64,000 nt of DNA from Candidatus Tritonobacter lacicola (GTDB lineage Bacteria > Auribacterota > Tritonobacteria > Tritonobacterales > Tritonobacteraceae), in contig JAVCDC010000125.1 of assembly GCA_030765135.1 (NCBI GenBank), positions 31,607-95,606 of the forward strand, in the 5' to 3' direction. The translations under genes were made by a program, and so were the position numbers. The notes under the pieces were generated by a model. That model ran no database searches and was not told the origin of the DNA. It saw nothing but the letters and a program-made list of their open reading frames with translations. Shown piece after piece: positions 38,582-48,107 of this stretch; within the stretch, counting starts at the first letter, position 1, and each line of letters begins with the position of its first letter.

Positions 38582-40026
38582 GCCCCTCCTCCTTCCCCGC
38601 CCCGGGGCGGGTGCGCCAGCGCCTCGCCCAGGAGCCGCACGTCTTCGAGCGTGAAAGCCCTTAAGAGACAGGCGGCGGCGAGGAAGGCCGCTACGGCGAC
38701 AGCGCCCCATCCCAAGCCGTCTCCGGCGTAAAGGAGGAGCAAGCCCGCCGGGACCGCGGCAAGAAGGGGCCTGATAAGCTGCACGCAGTCGACCGCCACC
38801 ACCTTAGCCCGCGCGAAGACAAGCGAGACGACGCAGAGGAGGGCGTACGAGGCGAGCATCGACCAGCTCGCCCCGATGTACCCCCACCGCGGCACGGTGA
38901 TGATATCCAGACACAGGTTCAGGGAGAAACACAGTATCAGGCTCGCCAGGACGTACCCCTGGCGGTCCGCCGAGATCAGGAGATAATGGGTAAGCTGGAC
39001 GAGAAAGAGGAACGGGATCGCGCAGCCCAGGATCCTGAGGGCGGCGCCGCTTGCCTCGAACTCGCTCCCACCTATCGCGAGGACAATGGGAGGGGCGTAC
39101 TTGACTATGAGGATAAAGAAAAGGAGGCCGAGGCTGAAGAGGAGCTTGAAGGACTTATCGAACGCCACCTTCAGGGCATCGATCGAGCTGAGCGCCAGCC
39201 GGGAGAAGACCGGGAAGATAGCCACGACGGTGGCTGAGGAGACTATTACCAGCTGGAGGACGACCGTGTGCGGCAGGCTGAAAAGGCTCACATCCTCGGC
39301 CTTCCCGATGCTCTTGATCATGAAGACGGGCATGTTGAACGAAGCCATCAGGAAAAAGGCCGAAAGGCCGAGGGGATATGACTCGCCCAGCAGCTTTGCC
39401 CATATGTTCTTCGCCAGTTTCAATCGTACCCGGGTAAATTTCCTGTGGATAATGATCAGGCCGACAACCATCCTGATCAGCTGGGAGACCGAGAGAGAGG
39501 CGAAGATGGCCACGAAACCCAGGTCGAATTTCGCGACTATTATCAGCAGCAGGATGGAAATGCCCCGCAGAACGACGGCCAGCAGCGTCTCGTACTCCAT
39601 CTTCTCGAAACCCTTGTACACGGATATGAAGAGCATGGCCGTCGAGGCGAAGAGCTGCGACGCGGTCGCTATGGCGAGCGCCAGGATAAACATGAGAGGC
39701 ATGCCGAGGGCGAGTACCACACACATCTCTACCAGGAAGGCCACGCCGACGATGATCAACCTGAGGGAAAGCGCCGCGTCCATCAGCTCCTCGGCCCGGT
39801 CCCTGTTGCGGGCCACCTCCCTGGTGATTATGCCCTCGACGCCGAAATCGGCTATGAGCTTCAGCATCTCTGCTATCGCCACGAGGAAGAAGTAATTGCT
39901 GCCTCCTTTCGCGCCCAGATACCTGCTCACGATGGAAAGGAGGAGAACGCCGAACCCGATATTTATGATGTTCGAGACGAATACCGCGACGGTGTTCTTG
40001 GCGAGTGTTCTTAAAGGGTTGGACAT
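38578..40026 (-). CDS. MOP-superfamily polysaccharide flippase (Wzx/PST-like)
   Basis: 14 predicted TM helices; start MSNPLRTLAKNTVAVF at 40026, a typical Wzx N-terminus. Confidence 0.6.
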   Translation of the reverse strand: MSNPLRTLAKNTVAVFVSNIINIGFGVLLLSIVSRYLGAKGGSNYFFLVAIAEMLKLIADFGVEGIITREVARNRDRAEELMDAALSLRLIIVGVAFLVEMCVVLALGMPLMFILALAIATASQLFASTAMLFISVYKGFEKMEYETLLAVVLRGISILLLIIVAKFDLGFVAIFASLSVSQLIRMVVGLIIIHRKFTRVRLKLAKNIWAKLLGESYPLGLSAFFLMASFNMPVFMIKSIGKAEDVSLFSLPHTVVLQLVIVSSATVVAIFPVFSRLALSSIDALKVAFDKSFKLLFSLGLLFFILIVKYAPPIVLAIGGSEFEASGAALRILGCAIPFLFLVQLTHYLLISADRQGYVLASLILCFSLNLCLDIITVPRWGYIGASWSMLASYALLCVVSLVFARAKVVAVDCVQLIRPLLAAVPAGLLLLYAGDGLGWGAVAVAAFLAAACLLRAFTLEDVRLLGEALAHPPRGGEGGGA

Positions 40027-40126
40027 TGCTGATCCCGCATACGTAAATCTTCCTGGCAGGGACGGCACAGCACCGCATCCCGCGTTCTATCCGCGTGCCC
40101 GCGGCGAAGGGCGGGCCGGCGGGCGA

Positions 40127-40489
40127 TCACGCCTTTTTCATCTCGCGCAACTTCCTGTAGAGATCGTTGGTCAGGAGCGCCTGCCTCTGTGTCATGCGGT
40201 TAATCTGGCGGGTCAGGGCGGATATCCTGATGGAGAAATGGAGGCATATCAGGATAATAAAGAAGAGGCCGAAAAAAAGCAGCGTCGATGTAAAGAGGAC
40301 GGCGCCGATCATGCTCGTCATGTAGTCGAGAAGCTCCTGCCATATGGAGAGGATGAAAATCGATACCCCCGCCACCAGCCATCCCACCGAGTACTCCTCG
40401 TTAAGGTGCCTCCTCCTCACGAGATCGAAGACATAGATAACAAGCAGAAAACTGAACGCAACCGCGATAATCCTTATTTTCGGGGGCAT
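40127..40489 (-). CDS. small 3-TM membrane protein, DUF2304-like partner of GT2 polyprenol-phosphate glycosyltransferases
   Basis: 120 aa, VFDLVRRRHLNEEYSVGWL motif; overlaps the upstream GT2 gene end by 16 nt. Confidence 0.4.
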   Translation of the reverse strand: MPPKIRIIAVAFSFLLVIYVFDLVRRRHLNEEYSVGWLVAGVSIFILSIWQELLDYMTSMIGAVLFTSTLLFFGLFFIILICLHFSIRISALTRQINRMTQRQALLTNDLYRKLREMKKA

Positions 40490-41205
40490 AATCGACCTCC
40501 TGCCGGTTTCTGCCTCAACAGCGTCACCGCTATGGACAGGAACATTTTGAAAATGTAGTAAATATTTTTATGCCCTCTGTGCATCGACTTGCCCTTCTCG
40601 GGCATGTACATCTTGACAGGGACCTCCCTGATCCGGAATTTCGCGAAGTGCAGCAGAATAAGAACGTCCGCGTCAGGGTAATCCACGGGAAAGACGTCCG
40701 TGCAGAAAAGCTCCACGACGGGCCGCCTCATGGCCTGGAAGCCGCTCGTGGGGTCCGTCACCTTCTGGCGGATGACCAGCGAGGCCGTCAACCCGAAGAG
40801 ACCCATGCCGATCCTCCGCGAAAAAGACGGCTTGTAGCCGGTCTCTCCCAGAAAGCGGGAGCCGACGACAACGTCGGCATCGCCCGAGAATATCGGCCGG
40901 AGAAGCGTTTTGAGCGAGGATGGGTCGTGCTGGCCGTCGCCGTCCATCTGGACGACGATATCGTACCCGTTCAGCCTGGCGTAGAGGTACCCCGTCTGGA
41001 GGGCGGCGCCGTAGCCTATGTTGTGGTAGAGAGAGACGACATCAGCCCCCTCCCTGAGAGCTATCTCCGCGGTGTCATCGCTCGACCCGTCGTTTATCAC
41101 GACGATATCGGCATCCGGGAGCTCCGACTTTACGCCCTCGATCACGGAGGCTATCGTCTTCGCCACGTTGAAAGACGGTATGATTACGAGAATCCTGTCA
41201 TTCAT
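40474..41205 (-). CDS. GT2 polyprenol-phosphate glycosyltransferase (DPM1/ArnC/GtrB-like)
   Basis: VIIPSFNVAKTI...VVINDGSSDDT...QMDGDGQHDP, the diagnostic motifs of Und-P/Dol-P sugar synthases; 243 aa with a C-terminal amphipathic tail. Confidence 0.7.
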   Translation of the reverse strand: MNDRILVIIPSFNVAKTIASVIEGVKSELPDADIVVINDGSSDDTAEIALREGADVVSLYHNIGYGAALQTGYLYARLNGYDIVVQMDGDGQHDPSSLKTLLRPIFSGDADVVVGSRFLGETGYKPSFSRRIGMGLFGLTASLVIRQKVTDPTSGFQAMRRPVVELFCTDVFPVDYPDADVLILLHFAKFRIREVPVKMYMPEKGKSMHRGHKNIYYIFKMFLSIAVTLLRQKPAGGRLCPRK

Positions 41206-41330
41206 TTTCTATACCCGGTATGGGTTTCGAATACATCCTCAGCGGGTCATTAGATTACCATTTACACGACCGGTATGCATGGAATTTCGCAGGCCGGAAA
41301 AAGGCAGGAAACAGGACAATAAACCGCCAC

Positions 41331-42764
41331 CTATCCCCCGGTCCAGCAGCGGAGGATGCCCGAGCACGTCCCCGAATAAGCGTCCCGGCCCGCTATATGC
41401 TCGACCACATCCGCGTAAACTCTGCGCCGCGAATCAGTATCCAGAGAAGTGTTGTGCCAGAGAAGGACAAATACGCCCCCGTGATCGCTGACGGTGGAGA
41501 GAAGGGCTTCGACCTCCGACAGCGCCTCACCATCCCTCCCCTCGTTCCTGCCGGCCGTGAGGGCGGCGTCCGTCGCCGTAACCGGAATTTCCCAGAGGGG
41601 CAGCTCGCGGCCGCGGCGGAGATCGAACACCCTGTATGGAAAACAGACCCCGCAGCGGAAACCATTGCTCCCGCGAAAGGAAAGCGTGGAATCGTAGAGC
41701 AAACCGGCATCCGCCATGGCACTCCATGTCACCGGGTTCTTCCACAAAAGGCGCTGCTGCCTCGCGCCGGGGGCCGCCCTGCCGATGAGACGGGAGAGCC
41801 TGCGCCTCTCCTCCGCCATCCTCCGGGGATCATCATGGCCGTAAACGCCGCCGTGGAGCCCTATCTCGTGGCCGCGGCTCGCTATGTACTTCACGAGCTG
41901 GCTCGGGCCGGCGTCCAGTATCGAGTAGACCTCCTCCGGGCCGGTATCGTAGTCCGTGCGTATGAAGAAACTCGACCTCATTCCGAGGCGCTCCTCCAGG
42001 TTCATGATGAAGTCGAACGTCCAGTAGGGATCCCGCCTAGTCCCCCTGGCGACGGCAAGAGCGTCGAGGGCCAGGCGCGCGGAGGCGGCAAACCTCCCCC
42101 TGAGCATATCCCCGGCCATTTCCCGTATGACCCGGCGAGGGGTGTACTTCCGGATACGGTCAACGTTATGGGTGAGACAGACGGCGAACTTCCTCCCCCT
42201 CCAACCCGGCCGATCCCCGAGGTTGACGTCCAGCTCGCCGACCCATGAACGGAAAAGGTCGAGGTACCGGTTCACGATGGGATAGGAAAGGAACCCCTCC
42301 CTGAAAGCGAGGCTCGATGATACGGGGAAGCAGCCATACTCATCCCTCTCCCCGGGGATATACTCCTCGTACCTGGTTATCATAAAAAATGTGGCCGCCG
42401 GGATGTCGATATTGGTACTGAGCATCGAGCGGTCCCGCACGAAGAACGGCTCGACGCTCTCCCCGCCCGTGTATATGACCGGAAGACCGTCGTATTCCGG
42501 GAGAGGCGTAGCGGGCAGGGACCCCGCCTCCTTGTAGGCCTCGTAGAGGAGAGGAGAACGGTAGATGTGAATATGCTTTTTAGCCTGGATAGCCGGGACG
42601 GAGCTTCCGTATGAGACGAGGAGGTCTTCCGGGGGGATCGCGGAAATGTCGGATAAAGGAAAGAGATGATAATCGAGCCCCGAAAGCTCCATCATGGCTT
42701 TCAGCGCGTAACATACCTCCGCGGAATGCGGGCCTTTCTCGTATGCTAAAGCTATCCTGGACAT
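41331..42764 (-). CDS. polysaccharide deacetylase-like (CE4/NodB-related) protein
   Basis: CLTHNVDR and HEIGLHGG motifs, with an N-terminal extra domain. Confidence 0.45.
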   Translation of the reverse strand: MSRIALAYEKGPHSAEVCYALKAMMELSGLDYHLFPLSDISAIPPEDLLVSYGSSVPAIQAKKHIHIYRSPLLYEAYKEAGSLPATPLPEYDGLPVIYTGGESVEPFFVRDRSMLSTNIDIPAATFFMITRYEEYIPGERDEYGCFPVSSSLAFREGFLSYPIVNRYLDLFRSWVGELDVNLGDRPGWRGRKFAVCLTHNVDRIRKYTPRRVIREMAGDMLRGRFAASARLALDALAVARGTRRDPYWTFDFIMNLEERLGMRSSFFIRTDYDTGPEEVYSILDAGPSQLVKYIASRGHEIGLHGGVYGHDDPRRMAEERRRLSRLIGRAAPGARQQRLLWKNPVTWSAMADAGLLYDSTLSFRGSNGFRCGVCFPYRVFDLRRGRELPLWEIPVTATDAALTAGRNEGRDGEALSEVEALLSTVSDHGGVFVLLWHNTSLDTDSRRRVYADVVEHIAGRDAYSGTCSGILRCWTGG

Positions 42765-42836
42765 ATTTACACAGCGTATTACGGTTTTACAATAGTCATT
42801 GCGAGCGCAGGAAAATACTTTCGCTGCGGAGAATGC

Positions 42837-43106
42837 TCACGGGCGGCGACGCCGATCTTCCTTGAAGCGGCGGGCAGCTGGGGAGATCTCTCTTCGCAGA
42901 CGGATCATTTCCCGGAGGATATCGAGGATCACGCCGGGTTTCGGGAGGTTCAACAACCTCCCCTTGCCGATCTCGAAACAGGTAGCCCCCGCAACCCTCG
43001 GTAAATGCGTAACGCCGACCTCGATAATATGCTGAATGTTCCCCTCCTCGTTGTAGGCGGGAAAAAACGCGCTGATCGACCTAACCCTGAACTGTTGATG
43101 TGTCAT
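42837..43106 (-). pseudogene. possible N-terminal remnant of a GT2 glycosyltransferase
   Basis: The 89-aa ORF begins ...SISAFFPAYNEEGNIQHIIEVGV, matching a GT2 N-terminus, then lacks the DDGS.D region and degenerates; it is isolated inside a 400-bp intergenic region. Confidence 0.25.
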
Positions 43107-43170
43107 ACGGGGCCTTAAAATATTACGTCAAGAACCTGCCGGCCGGGTTCTGTAATTCACCTCTTACCAT

Positions 43171-44124
43171 CTAATACCGACCGAACAGCTTATTCATGTA
43201 GCCGACAGCCGCGCCGGCCACGCCGGCTATCCCCTTCAAGACGCCGGCAAACGGGTAGACTACGGCCGTCAAGGCTCCATACCGGGCGCACACGCGAAAA
43301 GCGTCCGGCACGTGGAGGAGGAGGAGGAGCACGAGCATCACGGGAGGCAGCAGTGGCAGCCAGGGGATCGCGACGAGCGAAGCCAGAAGGAGAGCCGCGC
43401 CGGCGACCTGCGCCCTGATCCATATATCGCTTCTGAATATATCCCCCCTGAGATGCGGACGGTACCGGGCGTACAGGTAATTCCGCGTCAGGTAACCCCT
43501 CAGGGTGCTCTTGTAGTGGTGCCACGCTATCGCTTCCGCAACATACACAAGCCTGTAGCCGGCGGAGATTATCTTCTGGTTCAGGTCCGCGTCGAGGCAG
43601 GAGTTGTACAGGGCCTCTTCGAACACCCCGAAGCGCCTGAACACCTCCGGCCGGTAGACGGCGTTGGCCGAGGTGATATGCATCGCGTATTTCGGCTGAG
43701 AATCAAACTTCTTATCAACGTCGTACCCGGCGACCCGCGCTATCAGGTTCGAGCTGGCGGGGGTCAGAAGGTGCCCCCCGGCGCCCATGACGCTCTCGTC
43801 TCCGAACTCCGGCAGGATGAGCGAAAGCCAGTCCGGCGAAACCTGCACGTCGGATTCCACGAGCGCTATATAGTCGCCGGCGGCCATGGCGAGCGCCGCG
43901 TTCAGGGCGGCCGACTCACCCCTGTTGGGCTGACGGACAAGGTCGATAATCTCCGGGAACCTCTCCCCGTACGATAACGCCACGTCATAGGTGCCATCGG
44001 TGGAGCCGTCGTCCACGACAATGATGCGGCGCTCGAAACCACCCTCAAGGTCAAGGACAGACTGTATGGCCGCGCCTATGGTACCGGCGGCGTTATATGC
44101 GGGCATTAAAAAGCTGATCTTCAT
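43171..44124 (-). CDS. GT2 family glycosyltransferase with C-terminal membrane anchor
   Basis: Start MKISFLMPAYNAAGTI at 44124 (ATGA overlap with the upstream rSAM stop); IVVDDGSTDGT and ESDVQVSPDW motifs; C-terminal TM helices. Confidence 0.6.
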   Translation of the reverse strand: MKISFLMPAYNAAGTIGAAIQSVLDLEGGFERRIIVVDDGSTDGTYDVALSYGERFPEIIDLVRQPNRGESAALNAALAMAAGDYIALVESDVQVSPDWLSLILPEFGDESVMGAGGHLLTPASSNLIARVAGYDVDKKFDSQPKYAMHITSANAVYRPEVFRRFGVFEEALYNSCLDADLNQKIISAGYRLVYVAEAIAWHHYKSTLRGYLTRNYLYARYRPHLRGDIFRSDIWIRAQVAGAALLLASLVAIPWLPLLPPVMLVLLLLLHVPDAFRVCARYGALTAVVYPFAGVLKGIAGVAGAAVGYMNKLFGRY

Positions 44125-45548
44125 CTCTTTTGAAAAAATAGCTCGAACGCAATCCGGAGGTCCTCCTTCAACGCCCTCCAAGACGCGCAGCGCCTGAGCC
44201 TCTTAAGGATAAACCGCGGGCGGAGGTAGAACTTACGGTAGGCCTTCCTCTGGAGCCTCTCCAGGTCGCTCGCCGTGAGCTGCGGGTAGCTTATGACGCT
44301 CTTGCCCAGCGGGTTGATGTAATCCGAGTCATCGATGAGATACCCCTCCGACTTGCAGAAGCGGTAGAACTCCGTTCCCTTGAACGGCGTTGCCACCGAG
44401 AACATCGCGTTGTCGATTCCCAGATTCCCGGCCACCCTGACCGTGTAGGCGATGTCCTCCTCCGTCTCCTCGGGACACGTCCCGAACATCAGGTTGAGCT
44501 TCGGGTCTATCCCGTGCCTCTTGAGGGTGGACACGGCCTCACGCGCCGTCTCGGCCTTCAGGTCCTTCCTTATGTAGTCAAGGACCTTCTGCTTGAAGCT
44601 CTCCACGCCTATATCGATGGAGACACAGCCCGACTTTGCCAGCGCGCCTATCACCTCCTCGTCCGTCAGGAAGTCGGCCCGCGAGAGGCACCCCCACTCA
44701 AGCGACAGGCCCTCTATCCTGCCGCATATCTCGAGCGTCCGCTCCCTGCCCCAGAGGAACTGGTCGTCCAGGACCATGACCGATTTGTAGCCGCCCGCGG
44801 CGATCGCCTCGAACTCGGCCGCGACCCTTCCCGCGGAGGCCACGGCGGGGGGGGGCTTCCTGCCGAAGTGCTTGATATGCTCCAGCTCCCTGGCAAAGCT
44901 TATGGAATTGGGGACGCAGAAGAGGCACCTGAAGGCGCAGCCGCGGGACGCCATCATGGCCGTATACGGGCGCCCGCGGAATTTCGGATTGAAGTACGAG
45001 AGGGCATACCTCCTGATGGAGGCGTGAAAGCGGTCTGGGACAGGCAGCATGTCCATATCCACCAGTTCCGACGGCTTGCCGTGGACCACCCGGCCATCGC
45101 GGAGCATGGAGACGCCGGGGGGCGTCTCCCCGTCAACGCACTGGAGTATCTTGTTCTCGATCTCCCCCCGGAAGACGACCACGCGCTGATCGATAAGGTA
45201 CTGCTCGGGAACACGGGTCGGCTCGGGGCCGTGGAGGATGAATCTCACATCGCCCTTCCTCTCGAGGATCATGCCCATGAAGTGGAGGTCGGTACGCTTG
45301 GAGAGGATGACGGAGTGGATTATATATATGTCGGAGTCGTCTCCCCCGACGCGCTTGATAAAAGCCGCGCCGTCCAGCTTCTCCAGGCCCGAGTCGATGT
45401 AGCCGACATCGTGTCCCGCCTCGGTCAGCATCGTGAGGGGGTAGAGGTTCGCCAGGTCCGGGAAATGGTAAAGCTCGTAGGTGCAGCCGGCGAGACGCTC
45501 CGGCACCTTATCCTCTATCGACGGTGGTTCGAGAAACGTTATTTTCAT
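44121..45548 (-). CDS. B12-binding domain radical SAM enzyme
   Basis: MKITFLEPPS...B12-binding region; SRGCAFRCLFCVPN CxxxCxxC. Confidence 0.75.
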   Translation of the reverse strand: MKITFLEPPSIEDKVPERLAGCTYELYHFPDLANLYPLTMLTEAGHDVGYIDSGLEKLDGAAFIKRVGGDDSDIYIIHSVILSKRTDLHFMGMILERKGDVRFILHGPEPTRVPEQYLIDQRVVVFRGEIENKILQCVDGETPPGVSMLRDGRVVHGKPSELVDMDMLPVPDRFHASIRRYALSYFNPKFRGRPYTAMMASRGCAFRCLFCVPNSISFARELEHIKHFGRKPPPAVASAGRVAAEFEAIAAGGYKSVMVLDDQFLWGRERTLEICGRIEGLSLEWGCLSRADFLTDEEVIGALAKSGCVSIDIGVESFKQKVLDYIRKDLKAETAREAVSTLKRHGIDPKLNLMFGTCPEETEEDIAYTVRVAGNLGIDNAMFSVATPFKGTEFYRFCKSEGYLIDDSDYINPLGKSVISYPQLTASDLERLQRKAYRKFYLRPRFILKRLRRCASWRALKEDLRIAFELFFQKR

Positions 45549-45702
45549 AACACAGAGCGTTCGCGCGCGTGCGACATGTAATGCGCGAAGTATAATGTAA
45601 GGCTGTATTGTTTCATAGTGCGCTCTAGCCGCAGCTTGACATCTTCAATGAAGCGCGTATATCACATTCGTATTTTACCATTCACCACTCACCACCCACT
45701 AT

Positions 45703-46440
45703 TCACTCTTTTTCCGCCACGAAGACCATATTCGTCCCGAGGCCGAGCCGGTTAAAGAGGTTATCAAACTTCGCCAGGCAGTAAACGCCATTTGTCAGCA
45801 GCCGGCTGAGAGTCGAGCCGGCCCATATCTCGCTCTGCCTGTGGTCGCGGCGGCGCCGCAGGCGCGTATACAGCCAGACTAGGGACCGCACACAGGGCCA
45901 TCCGACCGTGAAGTAGTCCCGGACGCGAAACCCGTCCAGGAGGGCCGCCGCCTCCTCCCGCGTGAACCTCCGGAGGTGGCCGCCGATCTCGTCGAGGAAG
46001 GTGTACTGGCGCGGGTCTTTCGGGACCGTGAGTATGAGCCTGCCGCCGCTCTTCAAGAGGCCGTGTATATGCCCGACCACCCGAGCTGGCTCACGAACGT
46101 GCTCGAGGACCTCGCAGCAGACCGCCAGATCGCAGGATCCGGGCGCGAGCCCCACTATAGGGCCCTCGAAATCCGCAACGCGGAAATCGGCCCGGACGCC
46201 CATCTCCGCCGCGATGCGCCGGGCCATGTCGATCACCTTCTTCTCGCTGTCGACACCGGTCACGTCGAAGCCCGCGCGGGCCAGGGAAATCGCCACCCTC
46301 CCCGACCCGCAGCCCACGTCCACGACTTTTCCGGGGCCCCGCCCCGCTATCCGGAGCAGGATGCCGGTGAGGTTCCTCATGGCCGGGTCCCCCCACTGCC
46401 ACTTCCTTATTAGATCCTCACTTTCTCTGTATATTCGCAT
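45703..46440 (-). CDS. class I SAM-dependent methyltransferase
   Basis: VVDVGCGSGRVAISLARAGFDVTGVD (motif I) and LKSGGRLILTV (post-I/II). Confidence 0.7.
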   Translation of the reverse strand: MRIYRESEDLIRKWQWGDPAMRNLTGILLRIAGRGPGKVVDVGCGSGRVAISLARAGFDVTGVDSEKKVIDMARRIAAEMGVRADFRVADFEGPIVGLAPGSCDLAVCCEVLEHVREPARVVGHIHGLLKSGGRLILTVPKDPRQYTFLDEIGGHLRRFTREEAAALLDGFRVRDYFTVGWPCVRSLVWLYTRLRRRRDHRQSEIWAGSTLSRLLTNGVYCLAKFDNLFNRLGLGTNMVFVAEKE

Positions 46441-46550
46441 ACGTCAATCCGCGGCACGCACAAAGTGACAAAGCCAGCCTTTATAATTTAATGAGTTTTA
46501 TGAGTTATACGTAGGGCAATAACCATCTAATAAATTATTCAACTCATTTA

Positions 46551-46652
46551 ACGTTACACGTCACACGTTCCACGTTACACGTTTATTTCTTCACGTCACA
46601 CGTTCCACGTTACACGTTTATTTCTTCACGTCACACGTTACACGTTACACGA
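46551..46652. repeat. tandem heptamer array D (CACGTNN)n, about 12 copies with an internal 36-bp duplication
   Basis: Read directly; it lies between the methyltransferase start (46440) and the rSAM/SPASM stop (46645). Confidence 0.9.
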
Positions 46653-47577
46653 TATTGTACTTCACCATATCGCACTTACTGCATATTCCCGCCGGGTAGC
46701 TCCTCCTGAAACGGGCGAAACCCTCTCCGTGCCATATTTCTTTTATCTCACGGTCCACGAGGCTTCCGCATTTGTACGCCCGCAGGAGGCAGCAGGGGCT
46801 GACGTCCCCCTCCACGTTGACGTAAACGTAGCTGTCGGTCCTCAGGCAGTACCGGTCAAAATGGCCCGCGAGGCGGACGGCAAAACTCTGGAAATTGGCG
46901 CAGCGGATATCCAGACCACTCCCCGAGGCGATCCTCCGGCAGCGCCCGACAAGCTCCCGCTCGCGGACGGCGTCCAGCTTCGGAAGGCTATCGTTCATCG
47001 TCCTGTCGACCCTGACGAGGTTGACGAAGTCCATATCCGCCTCGAGGGCGAAGCGAACGACGCCCTGCACGGCCTCCTCGTCCGCCATCACGACCTGCAG
47101 CCCCACGGAGCGGACCCGCGGCCTCATGGCGGCGAAACAGGCAGCGTTCTCCTTGACCTTTTCGTGCGCCGTGTGGCCTATCGTCGACTCTCCCTCCATC
47201 GATATGCTCACCTGATGCACGCCAACCTCGACCAACCCCCGCGCCAGGCCGCCCTCGAGGAGATAGCCGTTGGTCGTGAGGCGGACCCCGGCCCGGGGGG
47301 AACCGAGCATGACGAGCTTCACCATGTCGAGGAGGCGCGGGTGAAGGAGCGGCTCCCCCCACCCCGTCAGGACCACGGTGCGGGGTCTCCCCATATTCGC
47401 CGCTATCCTCTCGAAGAGAGAGAAGTCCATATCCACCGGGTCGACGCCCAGGGCTTCTCTGGGGCACATCGCGCAGGTGAAGTTGCACCTGTTGGTGATC
47501 TCGACCTGGACCTCCTCGGGGGTAACGCTCACCCTCTTGAAGAGGCACCGTAAAAATTTCCTCGCTTCATGCATCAT
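46645..47577 (-). CDS. radical SAM / SPASM-domain protein
   Basis: EITNRCNFTCAMCP (CxxxCxxC) near the N-terminus, and a C-terminal Cys-rich region CCLLRAYKCGSL...CSKCD consistent with SPASM/twitch auxiliary clusters; 310 aa. Confidence 0.6.
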   Translation of the reverse strand: MMHEARKFLRCLFKRVSVTPEEVQVEITNRCNFTCAMCPREALGVDPVDMDFSLFERIAANMGRPRTVVLTGWGEPLLHPRLLDMVKLVMLGSPRAGVRLTTNGYLLEGGLARGLVEVGVHQVSISMEGESTIGHTAHEKVKENAACFAAMRPRVRSVGLQVVMADEEAVQGVVRFALEADMDFVNLVRVDRTMNDSLPKLDAVRERELVGRCRRIASGSGLDIRCANFQSFAVRLAGHFDRYCLRTDSYVYVNVEGDVSPCCLLRAYKCGSLVDREIKEIWHGEGFARFRRSYPAGICSKCDMVKYNIV

Positions 47578-47960
47578 TTGAAGTCACAGCTTTTTATAAC
47601 CACGGATTCGACGGATTACCACACCGAAAAATCCCTCTAATCCGCGTTTTTACTTTCCCCTTCTCTCTGTTTCAACCACTACTGCCAAATAATGCGAGCT
47701 CAACCACCTAAATGGCATTCTGTAAATACGACTAGTTCCCATGCAACCTGCCGTTAATCCCACTGACTGATGATATATGCCGCCCTTAAATACAATAGAT
47801 CTGTAATGCTGCCTTCAGTATTTTCATGTGTATGCTAACTGCGATCCCGACGGACCCTTCGGATTTCACCCCCGGAGAATCCGTTCAATCCGCATAATCC
47901 GCGGTTTCATTCCTTATTTCATTCCTCTTTTTTTCTTATCTTCTTTCAGGTATCACTCTT

Positions 47961-48107
47961 TGCGTTCTCTGCGCCTCTGCGGTTCAATATTTTTCTCTTT
48001 TAACTTTTAACCTTCAACTTTCAACCGTTTTAACCTCTGCGTCCTCTGCGCCTCCGCGGTTCAGTATTTTTCTCTTTTAACCTTCAACTTTCAACCGTAT
48101 TTAACCT
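47961..48107. repeat. tandem direct repeat, 2 x ~72 bp, inside a ~600-bp ORF-free AT-rich region
   Basis: gcgttctctgcgcctctgcggttcaatatttttctcttttaacttttaaccttcaactttcaaccgttttaacct / ctgcgtcctctgcgcctccgcggttcagtatttttctcttttaaccttcaactttcaaccgtatttaacct. Confidence 0.85.

Noticed and set aside
38578-40068. ORF-track N-terminal extensions (for example 40027..40068, 37546..37563, 38582..38710, 19430..19498, 1953..2291, 7341..7460, 10324..10386, 55636..55662)
   Set aside because: The extensions are low-complexity or overlap upstream genes. Internal ATG/GTG starts agree with paralog alignments, SD placement, or 4-nt ATGA/GTGA junctions.
46645-47577. Radical SAM/SPASM protein as an anaerobic sulfatase-maturating enzyme (anSME) for the four sulfatase-fold proteins
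   Set aside because: The sulfatase-fold proteins lack the Cys/Ser-x-P-x-R formylglycine motif (they read T-N-P-S-H), so there is no FGly substrate. At 310 aa the protein is also shorter than typical anSMEs. It is kept as a generic rSAM/SPASM.
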